DNA of 64,000 bases from Steroidobacteraceae bacterium (GTDB lineage Bacteria; Pseudomonadota; Gammaproteobacteria; Steroidobacterales; Steroidobacteraceae), in the NCBI GenBank assembly GCA_035295065.1, contig DATGJR010000155.1:903-64902 (forward strand), written 5' to 3'. The notes beneath the pieces were generated by a model that saw nothing but the letters and a program-made list of their open reading frames with translations, was not told where the DNA came from and did no database searches. Each line of letters opens with the position of its first letter. Positions within the stretch are counted from its first letter, which is position 1. Made by a program: the position numbers and the translations under genes. Positions 9,469 through 22,011 of the stretch are shown here, piece by piece.

Positions 9469-10361
9469 GGCTGATCCTCATCCTGGGTGTTGTCGGCAAC
9501 CACCCGCAGGGTCGGCGGTGCGGCGCGCACGTGCAGCGGCGCGTACGCTTCGGCCTGCACGATGTCGATCAGTCCTTCGCGCATCAGCTCGAGAATCGCC
9601 ACGAAGGTCACGGTGACTCCCATGCGGCCCTCCTCCGGCCGGAACAGCTGCTGGAACTCGAGAAAGCCTGCCGCGCCGAGCGCGGCCAGGATGTCGCTCA
9701 TGCGCTCCCCCACCGACAGCCGCTCGCGCTGGATGTGGTGGTGGGCGAACATCTCGGCGCGCGCCACCACGTCCTTGAAGGCCACGAGCATCTCCTGCAG
9801 CGTGACCTGCGGGAGCGAGCGCACCACGCGCCGCTCCCTGGCCTCGGCCGAGGTCGGCCAGACGTCGCGCTCCATGCGGTTGAGGGCGTCGAGCTCTTCG
9901 GCGGCACGCTTGAAGCGCTCGTATTCCTGCAGGCGCCGCACCAGCTCGGCGCGCGGATCGTGGCCCTCGTCGGTGTCGCTCGGCGGCCGCGGCAGGAGCA
10001 TGCGCGACTTGATCTCGGCGAGGGTCGCGGCCATCACCAGATACTCCCCCGCGAGCTCGAGCTGCAGCTCCTGCATCAGCTCGATGTACTGCATGTACTG
10101 GCGGGTGATCTCGGCGAGCGGGATGTCGAGGATGTCGAGGTTCTGGCGGCGGATGAGATAGAGGAGCAGATCGAGCGGCCCCTCGAAGGCCTCGAGGAAC
10201 ACCTCGAGCGCCTGCGGCGGGATGTACAGGTCGCGCGGCAACTGCGCGTACGGCTCGCCGTTCACCATCGCGAACGGCATCTCCACCTGCTCCGGCGCCC
10301 CTTCCGCGGGCGGGGCGGCAGGGGCTGCGTTGGACACGACGATCGTCAGGGTCGGTTTCAT
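9465..10361 (-). CDS. scpA: segregation and condensation protein A (kleisin)
   Basis: FEGPLDLLLYLIRRQNLDILDIPLAEITRQYMQYI. Start trimmed to MKPTLT at 10361, 1 nt after the trpS stop. Confidence 0.9.
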   Translation of the reverse strand: MKPTLTIVVSNAAPAAPPAEGAPEQVEMPFAMVNGEPYAQLPRDLYIPPQALEVFLEAFEGPLDLLLYLIRRQNLDILDIPLAEITRQYMQYIELMQELQLELAGEYLVMAATLAEIKSRMLLPRPPSDTDEGHDPRAELVRRLQEYERFKRAAEELDALNRMERDVWPTSAEARERRVVRSLPQVTLQEMLVAFKDVVARAEMFAHHHIQRERLSVGERMSDILAALGAAGFLEFQQLFRPEEGRMGVTVTFVAILELMREGLIDIVQAEAYAPLHVRAAPPTLRVVADNTQDEDQP

Positions 10362-10362
10362 A

Positions 10363-11577
10363 TCAGTCCGGACGCAGGTGCATGAAGCGGCGCACCTCAT
10401 CGAGGGTGTCCCGCGCCATCGCGCGCGCCTTGTCGGCACCCTCGGCGACGATGTTGCGCACCGTCTCCGGGTTGTCCTCGAACTCCTGCGCGCGCCGGCG
10501 CATGCCGCTGATTTCCTCCACGATGCGCTCGATCACCGGCTGTTTGCACTCGAGGCAGCCGATGCCGGCGCTGCGGCAGCCGGCGCTCGCCCACTGGCGC
10601 GTCGCCTCGTCGGAATAGATCTGGTGCAGATCCCAGACCGGGCATTTGTCGGGATCGCCGGGATCGGTGCGGCGCACGCGCGCCGGGTCGGTCTTCATGG
10701 CCCTGAGCTTCTGCACCACGGCGTCGGGATCTTCGCGCAGGCCGATGGTGTTGCCGTAGGACTTCGACATCTTGCGGCCGTCGAGTCCCGGCACCTTCGG
10801 CGTCGCCGTGAGCATCGCCTCGGGCTCGGGCAGGATGGTGACGCCCTCGCCGTGCAGGAAGCCGAGCAGGCGCTCGCGGTCGGCGACCGTGATGCGGTTG
10901 TTGCTCTGTACCAGCGCCTGGGCGCGCTTGAGCGCCTCGGTGTCGCCTCCCTCCTGGAACTTGCGCCGCAGCTGCCGGTAGTTGCTGGCGTTGCGCGTGC
11001 CGAGACTCTTCACGGCGAGCTCCGCCCGCGCCTCGAAGTCCGGCTCGCGCCCGTAAAGGTGGTTGAAGCGCCGCGCGGCCTCCCGCGTGAGCTCGACGTG
11101 CGCCACCTGATCCTCGCCCACCGGAACGTAGGAGCCGCGGTACACCAGGATGTCGGCGCTTTGCAGCAGCGGGTAACCGAGGAATCCGTAGGTCGCGAGA
11201 TCCTTCTCCTTGAGCTGCTCCTGCTGATCCTTGTAGCTCGGCACCCGCTCGAGCCAGCCGAGCGGCACGATCATCGACAGCAGCAGGTGGAGCTCGGCGT
11301 GCTCGGGCACGTGCGACTGGATGAAGAGGGTTGCGACCCCGGGGTTGAGACCGGCCGCCAGCCAGTCGATCAGCACCTCGCGCACGTTCTCCTGCAGCTG
11401 CCTGGTGTCATCGTACCCGGTGGTGAGCATGTGCCAGTCGGCGACGAAGAAGAAACACTCGTACTGGTACTGCAGCTCCACCCAGTTGCGCAGCGCGCCG
11501 TGGTAGTTGCCGAGGTGCAGCCGGCCGGTGGGCCGCATGCCGGAGACGACGCGCCGGGCCGGCGCGGGCGAGCTCAC
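10363..11577 (-). CDS. trpS: tryptophan--tRNA ligase
   Basis: RRVVSGMRPTGRLHLGNYHGAL (HIGH-type motif) and KMSKS (GRKMSKSYGN). Start set to the GTG at 11577 after GGGGAGG. The spacer is short, so the start is uncertain. Confidence 0.92.
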   Translation of the reverse strand: MSSPAPARRVVSGMRPTGRLHLGNYHGALRNWVELQYQYECFFFVADWHMLTTGYDDTRQLQENVREVLIDWLAAGLNPGVATLFIQSHVPEHAELHLLLSMIVPLGWLERVPSYKDQQEQLKEKDLATYGFLGYPLLQSADILVYRGSYVPVGEDQVAHVELTREAARRFNHLYGREPDFEARAELAVKSLGTRNASNYRQLRRKFQEGGDTEALKRAQALVQSNNRITVADRERLLGFLHGEGVTILPEPEAMLTATPKVPGLDGRKMSKSYGNTIGLREDPDAVVQKLRAMKTDPARVRRTDPGDPDKCPVWDLHQIYSDEATRQWASAGCRSAGIGCLECKQPVIERIVEEISGMRRRAQEFEDNPETVRNIVAEGADKARAMARDTLDEVRRFMHLRPD

Positions 11578-11659
11578 GTGCCTCCCCGCAGCGACGCTGC
11601 GGGTGACGATGCGGGGAATGCGCGGCGCGGAACGAGAGGGCCGTGGCTCACGGTGCGAA

Positions 11660-12292
11660 TTATAGCGCACGCAAAGGTGTGGGGCCGAGCGCGCCCTTGC
11701 CCTGGCGCACGATCACCGGCGGCGACACTGACAGGTCGATGACGGTGGTTGGCTCGATGCCGCAGTCCCCGCCGTCGAGTATGGCGTCGAGCTCGTGGGC
11801 GAGGCGGCGCTCGATCTCGCGCGCCTCGGTGAGCGGTTGCGGCTCCGACGGCAGCAGGAGCGTCGAGCTCATCAGCGGCTCGCCGAGCTGCTGCACCAGC
11901 ATCCGGGGCACCGGATGTGCCGGGATACGTACGCCGATGGTGCGCCGCCGCTGGTGCTGCAGGCGGCGCGGCATGGCGCGAGTCGCGCGCAACAGAAATG
12001 TATAGGGACCCGGCACACAGGCCTTGAGGATGCGGAACTGCCAGGTCTCGATCAGGGCGAAACGGCCCACGGTGGCGAGGTCGGCGCACACCAGCGTGTA
12101 GTGATGGTGGCGGTCGGCCTGACGGATGCGCCGTACGCGCTCGAGCGCGCCCTTGTCGCCCAGATGCCAGCCGAGCGCGTAACAGGAGTCGGTCGGATAG
12201 GCGATCAGGCCGCCGGCGCGCACCACCTCGGCCGCGCGCTGAATGAGGCGCAGCTGCGGATTGAGGGGATGGAGCTGGAGAAACTCGGCCAT
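11660..12292 (-). CDS. yciO: YrdC/Sua5-domain protein, YciO type
   Basis: MAEFLQLHPLNPQLRLIQRAAEVVRAGGLIAYPTDSCYALGWHL...TTVIDLSVSPPVIVRQGKG is collinear with E. coli YciO (206 aa) as I recall it. Confidence 0.85.
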   Translation of the reverse strand: MAEFLQLHPLNPQLRLIQRAAEVVRAGGLIAYPTDSCYALGWHLGDKGALERVRRIRQADRHHHYTLVCADLATVGRFALIETWQFRILKACVPGPYTFLLRATRAMPRRLQHQRRRTIGVRIPAHPVPRMLVQQLGEPLMSSTLLLPSEPQPLTEAREIERRLAHELDAILDGGDCGIEPTTVIDLSVSPPVIVRQGKGALGPTPLRAL

Positions 12293-12373
12293 GCGGCGCG
12301 CCTCGGCGACTCAATGGAAGTTGCGGACGGCGCGTGACAATATACGCGGCCATTTACCGTAGCTTCACCCCCC

Positions 12374-12964
12374 ATGCAGGCCCTCACAGAGTTAGCGCCG
12401 TTGGTAGCGTTCGTCGCGGCCTATCGCCTCGGGGGCCTCTACGTCGCCACCGCGGTGCTGATGGTGGCGATGCTGGCGCTGCTGGCGGCGGACTGGCTGC
12501 GGGCGAGAAAGATTCCTCCGCTGCATGCGCTCTCGACCGTGCTGGTGCTGATCTTCGGGGGCGCGACACTCATCCTGCACAACCGGGTGTTCATCCAGTG
12601 GAAACCCACGGTGTTCTTCTGGCTGACGAGCCTCGCCTTCCTGGGGAGCTTCTGGATCGGGCAGCGCACGCTCACGGAGCGGCTGCTGGGGGGCGTGCTC
12701 GCCGAAGCCTTCGGCGAGCGGCTGCAGGTCGATGCGGCGCGCTGGCGACGGCTGAACCTCCTGTGGGTGCTGTTCTATTTTGTCCTCGGCGCGCTCAATG
12801 TCGTGGTGCTGCGAACCATGAGCGAGCGCGCGTGGGTGGCCCTGAAGCTGGTCGATATCGTGCTGATGCTGCTGTTCGTGGCGGCGCAGGTGCTGTGGCT
12901 GGCGGCGCGCGCGGTACGTCCTGTGCCGCAGGGCCTGCCGGACGGCGACGGCTGTGGCAAATGA
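12374..12964 (+). CDS. yciB: intracellular septation protein A
   Basis: 196 aa, multi-TM. LAPLVAFVAAYRLGGLYVATAVLMVA...HNRVFIQWKPTVFFWL. Divergent from yciO. Confidence 0.9.
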   Translation: MQALTELAPLVAFVAAYRLGGLYVATAVLMVAMLALLAADWLRARKIPPLHALSTVLVLIFGGATLILHNRVFIQWKPTVFFWLTSLAFLGSFWIGQRTLTERLLGGVLAEAFGERLQVDAARWRRLNLLWVLFYFVLGALNVVVLRTMSERAWVALKLVDIVLMLLFVAAQVLWLAARAVRPVPQGLPDGDGCGK

Positions 12965-12971
12965 GCCTGTC

Positions 12972-13226
12972 ATGGAGCAGCTGCGCGCCGCTCTCGAGCG
13001 GGCCTTCGCACCGACCAGTCTCGAGGTCATCGACGACGGCGAGCGCCATGCGGGACATGCCGCCGCCGGCCGCGGGCACTTTCGCGTGCTGATCGTGTCT
13101 GAAGCCTTCCGGGGACGCTCGCCGCTCGAGCGTCATCGCCTGGTGTACGCCGCGCTCGCCCCGCTGCTCGTGACCTCCGTGCATGCGCTCAACATCACGG
13201 CGCGCACCGCCGACGAGCGCTTCTGA
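12972..13226 (+). CDS. BolA family protein
   Basis: MEQLRAALERAFAPTSLEVIDDGERHAGHAAAGRGHFRVLIVSEAFRGRSPLERHRLVYAAL. Start could instead be the GTG at 12954. Confidence 0.75.
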   Translation: MEQLRAALERAFAPTSLEVIDDGERHAGHAAAGRGHFRVLIVSEAFRGRSPLERHRLVYAALAPLLVTSVHALNITARTADERF

Positions 13227-13263
13227 TCAAGACATTCGCCTCAACCACCGGAAAAACCGCCGT

Positions 13264-14184
13264 ATGACCCACTACTTCCCGCGATTCGTTCTGCTCGCCG
13301 CAATCCTCGCCACGCTCTGCGCCTGCCAGCCTAAATCCAGCGCCCCGGCCGATGCTTCCCCGCCCGTCGCGACGGTGAACGGCCAGGTGATCACGCGCGA
13401 CTTCTTTGAGTTCTATGCCAAGACGGCGACTGGCAAGACCTCCGCGGAGCTCACTCCGGATATCCGCAACCGCCTGCTCGACAATCTGATCAAGGCCGAG
13501 CTGGTCGCGCAGGAGGCCTCGCGCCAGGGGATCGACAAGAGCGGCGACAGCGCCTACCTCCTGGAGCTCTCGCGTCTCAACGTTCTGGAGCAAGCGGTGT
13601 CGGACCGCTATCTCAAGGACAAGAAACCGACCGATGCCGAGGTGCGATCCGAATACGAGACCGAGGTCGCGGGCATGCCGAAGACCGAATATCACGCGCG
13701 CCACATCCTGGTCGCGACCGAGCCCTTCGCGGAGAAAGTCATCCAGCGGCTCGACCGGGGCGAGAAGTTCGAGGATCTCGCCAAGGTCGAGTCCATGGAC
13801 CCCTCCAAGAACAACGGCGGCGACATCGGTTGGCTGCGCGGCGGGATGCCGCCGGAGATCATGAACGCCCTCGCGGGACTGAAGCCCGGGGAATACGCCA
13901 AGAAGCCGGTCCAGACGCAGTACGGCTGGCACATCCTGCAGCTGGTCGAGTCGCGGCCGCTCACGCCCCCGCCCTTCGAGCAGGCCAAGCCACGCTTCGA
14001 GCAGATCGTGGAGGCGAAGAAGTTCAAGTCCTACATGGACGAGCTCATGCGGGATGCCAAGGTCACGAAGACCCTCGACCAGCCGGCGCCGGGGGCTGCC
14101 GCGAGCGCGGCGCCTGCCGCAACTGCGACGCCGTCGGCGCAATCCGTGCCGGCGAGCGCTCCGGCCGCACCCGCCAAGCCGTAA
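13264..14184 (+). CDS. PpiC-type peptidyl-prolyl isomerase, probable lipoprotein (SurA/PrsA-like)
   Basis: Signal/lipobox-like MTHYFPRFVLLAAILATLCAC, a SurA-N-like region, and the parvulin core YHARHILVATEPFAEKVIQRLDRGEKFEDLAKVESMDPSKNNGGDIGWL. Ala/Pro-rich tail. Confidence 0.85.
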   Translation: MTHYFPRFVLLAAILATLCACQPKSSAPADASPPVATVNGQVITRDFFEFYAKTATGKTSAELTPDIRNRLLDNLIKAELVAQEASRQGIDKSGDSAYLLELSRLNVLEQAVSDRYLKDKKPTDAEVRSEYETEVAGMPKTEYHARHILVATEPFAEKVIQRLDRGEKFEDLAKVESMDPSKNNGGDIGWLRGGMPPEIMNALAGLKPGEYAKKPVQTQYGWHILQLVESRPLTPPPFEQAKPRFEQIVEAKKFKSYMDELMRDAKVTKTLDQPAPGAAASAAPAATATPSAQSVPASAPAAPAKP

Positions 14185-14193
14185 CCGACAGCG

Positions 14194-14223
14194 CAGGGCC
14201 CCAGAGCGTGCCTCGGGGCCCTG
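14194..14223. terminator. bidirectional terminator-like hairpin between the convergent PPIase gene and ligA
   Basis: CAGGGCCCC (14194-14202) pairs with GGGGCCCTG (14215-14223). 9 bp stem, 12 nt loop, followed by CTTCT on the plus strand. Confidence 0.5.
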
Positions 14224-14226
14224 CTT

Positions 14227-17116
<2,890 letters not shown>

Positions 17117-17120
<4 letters not shown>

Positions 17121-20100
17121 ACGGCCGCGAGCCGCACCGCCTCATCGACGTCGACCGTCACCAGGCGCGATACGCCCGGCTCGACCATAGTCACGCCGAT
17201 CAGCTGCGAGGCGAGCTCCATGGTGGCTTTGTTGTGAGTGATGAACACGAACTGCACGCGCCCCGACATGTCGCGCACGATGTCGCAGAAGCGACCGACA
17301 TTGTGCTCATCGAGCGGCGCGTCCACCTCATCGAGCAGACAGAAGGGCGCGGGGTTCAGATCGAAGATCGCGAACACCAGCGCCACGGCGGTGAGCGCCT
17401 TCTCACCGCCCGACAGCAGGTGGATGGTGCTGTTCTTCTTGCCCGGAGGCCGCGCCATGACCGCAACGCCGGCGGTCAGCTTGTCCTCGCCCACCAGCTC
17501 GAGATACGCATGTCCGCCGCCGAAGAGCCGCGGAAACTTCTCGCGCAACCCGGCATTGATGCGCTCAAAGGTGTCCTCGAAGCGGGTGCGGGTCTCGCGG
17601 TCGATGCGGCGCATTGCCTCGGCGAGTGTGTCGAGAGCGGCGGTGAGGTCGGCGAACTGCCGGTCGAGATACTCCTTGCGCTGCGTCTGGTCCTTGAGCT
17701 CATCGATGGCCGCGAGGTTCACCTGGCCGAGCTTCTCGATGTCGGCGCGCGCCTCTACCAGCGACTGCTCCCAGCCGGCGACGCTCGCCTCGGCGGCAAG
17801 TCCGGCGAGGACCGAGGCGAGCTCGCAGTGCGTCTCGGCGAACTGCTCGGCCAGCGCGGCGCGGCGCACATGCGTCTCCTGGGCCGCGAGCCTCGCGGCA
17901 TCCATCGCTTCGCGCGCGGCGCTCACGCGCTGCTCGGCCGCCAGGCGCTGCTCATCGAGCGTGCGCAGCGCCGCTTCCGCCTCCTCGAGCGCCGCCCGCG
18001 CGACGCCCAGCTCGGCTTCCACCGTCAGGCGCTGCTCGAGTGCCTGTCCGAGCCGTGCCTGCACGCGCATGATCGGCTCATCTCCCGAAGCGAGCTCCTC
18101 CTCGAGCGCGGCGCGGCGCCGCGAGAGCTGCTCGCGCTGCTCGATCATGCGATTCAGGCCCAGGGTCACCGAGCTCTCGGTGGAGCGGCGCGTCTCGAAG
18201 CGAACGTGGAGGTCGCGTCCCAGGAGCTGGGCCGCCTGGGCGCGGCTGCGCGCATCAGCCAGTGTCGCGCGGCGCGCCTCGCGGTCGGCCTCGAGACCGC
18301 CGCGGCCGGCGGTCAGCGCCGCCGCGGTACTCTGTGCACGCCGCAGCTCCTCGCGTGCGCTGGCGAGCGCGGCCGCCGCGGCGGCGCGCTCGCGATCGAG
18401 CTCCCCGGCCTCGCGCTCGAGCCGCATGGCTCGCTGTGCGGCCTCTTCGGCGCGCACCTGCCCGGCCGCAAGCGCCGCGCGCACCTGGGCGTGCTGCTGC
18501 TGGGCCTGCTGGATGGCGCTCTGGGCGGCATCGCGGGCGCTCTCGGCGAGCGCGAGCGACTCGCGGGCGGCGCCGAGCGCCGCTTCCGCCGCCTCGGTGC
18601 GCTGCTCGGCCGCGCTCACCGCGGCCCGCAATCCGCTCAGGCGCTGCTCGCGCGCAATGACGCCCGCGCGCGGATCGGCGCCCCGGCTGACGCGCAGCCA
18701 GTTGGGGCCGACCCACTCCCCCGCGCGCGTCATGTAAGACTCGCCTTCGGCGAGCCGGCCCCGGCCTTTGAGGGCATCGCTCAGCGAATCCGCCGTGAGC
18801 ACGGCCGAGAGCCGGGTCAGCACGGCCTTCGGTCCGCTGACGTGAGCCGCGAGGGTGCGGGCGCGACCGCGCGGCGCCGCCTCGCCCTCGATGATGGTGA
18901 TACGTCCCGCCGCGAAAGAGCCGATCGCGCCGGCGACCTCCTCGAGCTGCGGCACGCACACCGCCTCGAGATAATCGCCGAGTGCGGTCTCGACCGCCCT
19001 CTCCCAGCCGGACTCCACCTCCAGGTTCGCCGTCAGCCGCGGCCGTGCCGCAAGTCCGGCGCCGGCGAGCCACGCCGCCGCATCGCCTGCACGGTCGGAA
19101 AGCGCCGCGGTCTGCAAAGCCTCGAGCGAGGTGAGCTCATCGCGTGCGCCGGCGCGGGCCGAGCGCGCCTCCTCGAGCGCCGCTTCCGCGGCCAGCTGCG
19201 CGCTGCGCGCGGCCTGCACGCGCTCCTGCGCCCCCGTCAGGCTCGCGCCGTGCGCCTGCGAGCGCGCCTGCGCCTGGGCCTCGTCCTCGGTGAGGCGGCT
19301 CAAGCCGCCGTCGGCGGCGGCAGCCAGCGCCTGACGTTCTGCGGCGATCCGCTGCGCCTGGGCCTCGAGGCGGGTGAGCTGGATTTCGAGCTGCTCGATG
19401 CGGGTGCGCTCGACCTGTGCGGCCTGCTCGGCAGCGCCGGACTCGAGCGTGTGCTGCTCCCAGAGGTGCTGCGAGTCCTGCAGGGCGCGTTCCGCATGCT
19501 CGAGCCCGCTCGCGGCCTGCCGCTCCGCGGCCTGCGCGGCTTCGAGCTCGGGGGCGAGGTGCGCCAGCTCGGCGCGCACGGCCTGAAGCTGTTCCTCATC
19601 GCGCGCCACATGCACGGCGAGCTCACCCAGCGCGCCGTCTGCCTGCGTCAGGTCGTCGCGCTGGCGCTCGCGCAGCTCGCGGGTGTGCTCGAGCGTCTGC
19701 TCGAGGCGCGAGATCTCGGCGCCCGCCTCGTAGTAGCGCGCCTGGACCCCCGACATGCGCTCGGCGTGCTCGGTCTGCGCCGCGCGCTGCTTCTCGAGCG
19801 CGGCTTCCGCGGCACGCTGGCCGGCGAGCTCCGCCTGCATGGCGAGCTCACAGGCACGCAGGGCGGCATCGTGAACCTCGGCGCCACTGTCGAGGTCGCG
19901 CAGCTTCAGCGCGATCAGCTCTGCCGTGAGGCGCCGCTCGGTCTCCTTCAGGGCCTGATAGCGTCGGGCGGTGGCGGCCTGCCGCTGCAGGTGCCGGATC
20001 TGCTTGTCGACCTCATCGCGCAGATCCTGCAGCCGCTCGAGGTTTTCGCGGGTCTCGGCGACACGCACCTCGGTTTCCTTGCGACGCTCCTTGTAGCGGG

Positions 20101-20611
20101 AGATGCCGGCCGCCTCCTCGACGAAGGCGCGCATGTCCTCGCTCTTCGCGTCGATGACGCGCGTGATCATGCCCTGCTCGATGATGGCGTAGCTGCGCGA
20201 TCCGAGCCCGGTGCCGAGGAAGAGATTGGTGATGTCTTTGCGCCGGCAGCGCACGCCGTTGATGAAATAGGCCGACTGGCCGTCGCGCGAGACCTGCCGC
20301 TTGAGAGAGATCTCGGCGTAACCCGCGTAGGGGCCGCCGATCTTGCCGTCGGCGTTATCGAATATCAGCTCGACGGCGGCCGTGCCCACGGGCTTGCGGG
20401 CGCTCGAGCCGTTGAAAACCACGTCCGTCATGCTGTCGCCGCGCAGGTGCTTGGCGGAGAGCTCGCCCATCACCCAGCGCACGGCGTCGATGACGTTCGA
20501 CTTGCCGCAGCCGTTTGGGCCGACGACACCGGTGAGATTGCTGGGGAAGCTGATGTGGGTGGGGTCGACGAAGGATTTGAAGCCGGCGAGCTTGATCTTT
20601 GTCAGCCGCAT
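17117..20611 (-). CDS. smc: chromosome segregation protein SMC
   Basis: MRLTKIKLAGFKSFVDPT...GPNGCGKSN Walker A, long coiled coils, a hinge, C-terminal LSGGEKALTAVALVFAIF and LDEVDAPLD. Start trimmed to the ATG at 20611. Confidence 0.95.
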
Positions 20612-20691
20612 CTGTGCCTTCAACCCCCACGCCACACCCGCGCCGGACTCGCCGCGGGCGATTCCGGCCAATGGTGTAGTGTAGAGGAAAT

Positions 20692-21081
20692 ATGCCCTCG
20701 ACGCCCACCAGTGAGCTGGAGACTTTCGCGAATCCCGAGCGCACGCGGGATTACACGATACGCATGCAGATTCCCGAGTTCACCTGCCTGTGCCCGCGCA
20801 CCGGACAGCCGGACTTCGCCACGCTCGATCTCGAGTATGTGCCTGACCGGCTGTGCGTCGAGCTCAAATCCCTCAAGCTTTACATCTGGTCGTTCCGCGA
20901 TCGCGGCGCCTTCCACGAGGCCGTGACCAACGAGATCGCCGACCACCTGAGCCGTGCCGTCGAGCCGCGCTTTCTGCGGCTCACGGCGCGCTTCAACGTG
21001 CGTGGCGGAATCTGCACCACGGTTGTCGCAGAGCGCAGACAGCCGGGCTGGCAGCCGGCCCCGCCCGTCGCCCTGCCGTAG
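20692..21081 (+). CDS. queF: NADPH-dependent 7-cyano-7-deazaguanine (preQ0) reductase, unimodular type
   Basis: 129 aa. [17 protein letters not shown] (catalytic Cys) and the QueF motif [13 protein letters not shown]. Confidence 0.9.
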   Translation: MPSTPTSELETFANPERTRDYTIRMQIPEFTCLCPRTGQPDFATLDLEYVPDRLCVELKSLKLYIWSFRDRGAFHEAVTNEIADHLSRAVEPRFLRLTARFNVRGGICTTVVAERRQPGWQPAPPVALP

Positions 21082-21159
21082 GCTCTGCGGACGGCCGAGG
21101 CCCCGCCACCGTCGCCAGCGCGCCGCAACGCGCCATTTCTTTGGGCTATCGGCGCCATC

Positions 21160-21187
21160 TGTACAGGTCAAAGTCGGCCGGTATAAT
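21160..21187 (+). promoter_or_regulatory. candidate sigma70 promoter of dksA
   Basis: TGTACA (21160-21165), a 16 nt spacer, then TATAAT (21182-21187). AGGAG at 21221-21225 lies 6 nt before the ATG. Confidence 0.45.
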
Positions 21188-21231
21188 CGCGCGTTCTTTC
21201 GAGAGCCCGACGATGTGCTGAGGAGCGATTG

Positions 21232-22011
21232 ATGCCGGCCAAGAGAGCTGCGCCGAAGTCCGCCAAAGGCCGCAAGGCGACGAACCGGCCCGCCGTGCGT
21301 AAGAGCGTCGCCACGACCCGCAAGAGCGATGCCGTGCGCAGCCGCGCCGCCGTTCACGTGCGCAAGGGCGCCGCACCACCGAAGAAGCCTGCGACGCAGC
21401 CCGCCGCCTCCGCCGGCGAGGCACACGCGGAGAAGCCGAAGGCGCAGCGGCCGCTCGCCCCTGGCGCGCGTGAGCCGATTCGCGCTATGCCGCCGGCGGT
21501 TACCGTCCCGCGCACGGCCCCGCTCCCCGGGGGGCCCGAGACCGACGATGTCGAGGCCGCAGAGCCTGGAAGCCTGCTGGCCGGGCCGCGCAACGTCCAG
21601 CCCTACATCGTCAAGCGCGGCGAACAGTACATGAGCAAGGAGCAGCTCGACCACTTCCGCAACATCCTCAACAGCTGGAAACGCGATCTGATGGTCGAAG
21701 TGGATCGCACCGTGTCGCATATGAAGGATGAGGCCGCGAACTTCCCCGATCCGAACGATCGTGCGACCCAGGAAGAAGAGTTCAGCCTGGAGCTGCGCAC
21801 GCGTGACCGCGAGCGCAAGCTCATTAGGAAGATCGACGAGGCACTGAAGCGCATCGACGATGGCTCCTACGGGTACTGCCTCGAGACCGGCGAGGAAATC
21901 GGCATCAAGCGCCTCGAGGCGCGTCCGGTCGCCACGCTCAGCATCGAAGCCCAGGAGCGGCGCGAGCGGCGTGAGCGGCAGTACGGCGACCGCGACGACC
22001 GTTACCGCTGA
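21232..22011 (+). CDS. dksA: RNA polymerase-binding transcription factor DksA with a basic N-terminal extension and no Cys4 zinc finger
   Basis: The C-terminal 135 aa are collinear with E. coli DksA (YMSKEQLDHFRNILNSWKRDL...DEAANFPDPNDRATQEEEFSLELRTRDRERKLIRKID...RLEARP). It is preceded by about 125 aa of Lys/Arg/Ala/Pro-rich sequence. gluQ follows, as in E. coli. Confidence 0.9.
   Translation: MPAKRAAPKSAKGRKATNRPAVRKSVATTRKSDAVRSRAAVHVRKGAAPPKKPATQPAASAGEAHAEKPKAQRPLAPGAREPIRAMPPAVTVPRTAPLPGGPETDDVEAAEPGSLLAGPRNVQPYIVKRGEQYMSKEQLDHFRNILNSWKRDLMVEVDRTVSHMKDEAANFPDPNDRATQEEEFSLELRTRDRERKLIRKIDEALKRIDDGSYGYCLETGEEIGIKRLEARPVATLSIEAQERRERRERQYGDRDDRYR

Noticed and set aside
20612-20691. Possible preQ1 riboswitch or shared regulatory element in the 80 nt smc/queF divergent spacer
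   Set aside because: The spacer is too short and lacks the compact preQ1 hairpin/pseudoknot pattern. Only a plausible AGAGGA SD for queF is visible.
17234-20926. 1230 aa ORF on the plus strand (plus nested ORFs 17238-18737 and 18255-19073)
   Set aside because: Antisense to smc, whose identity is unambiguous. The composition is again Arg/Ala/Leu/Gly-biased with no motifs.
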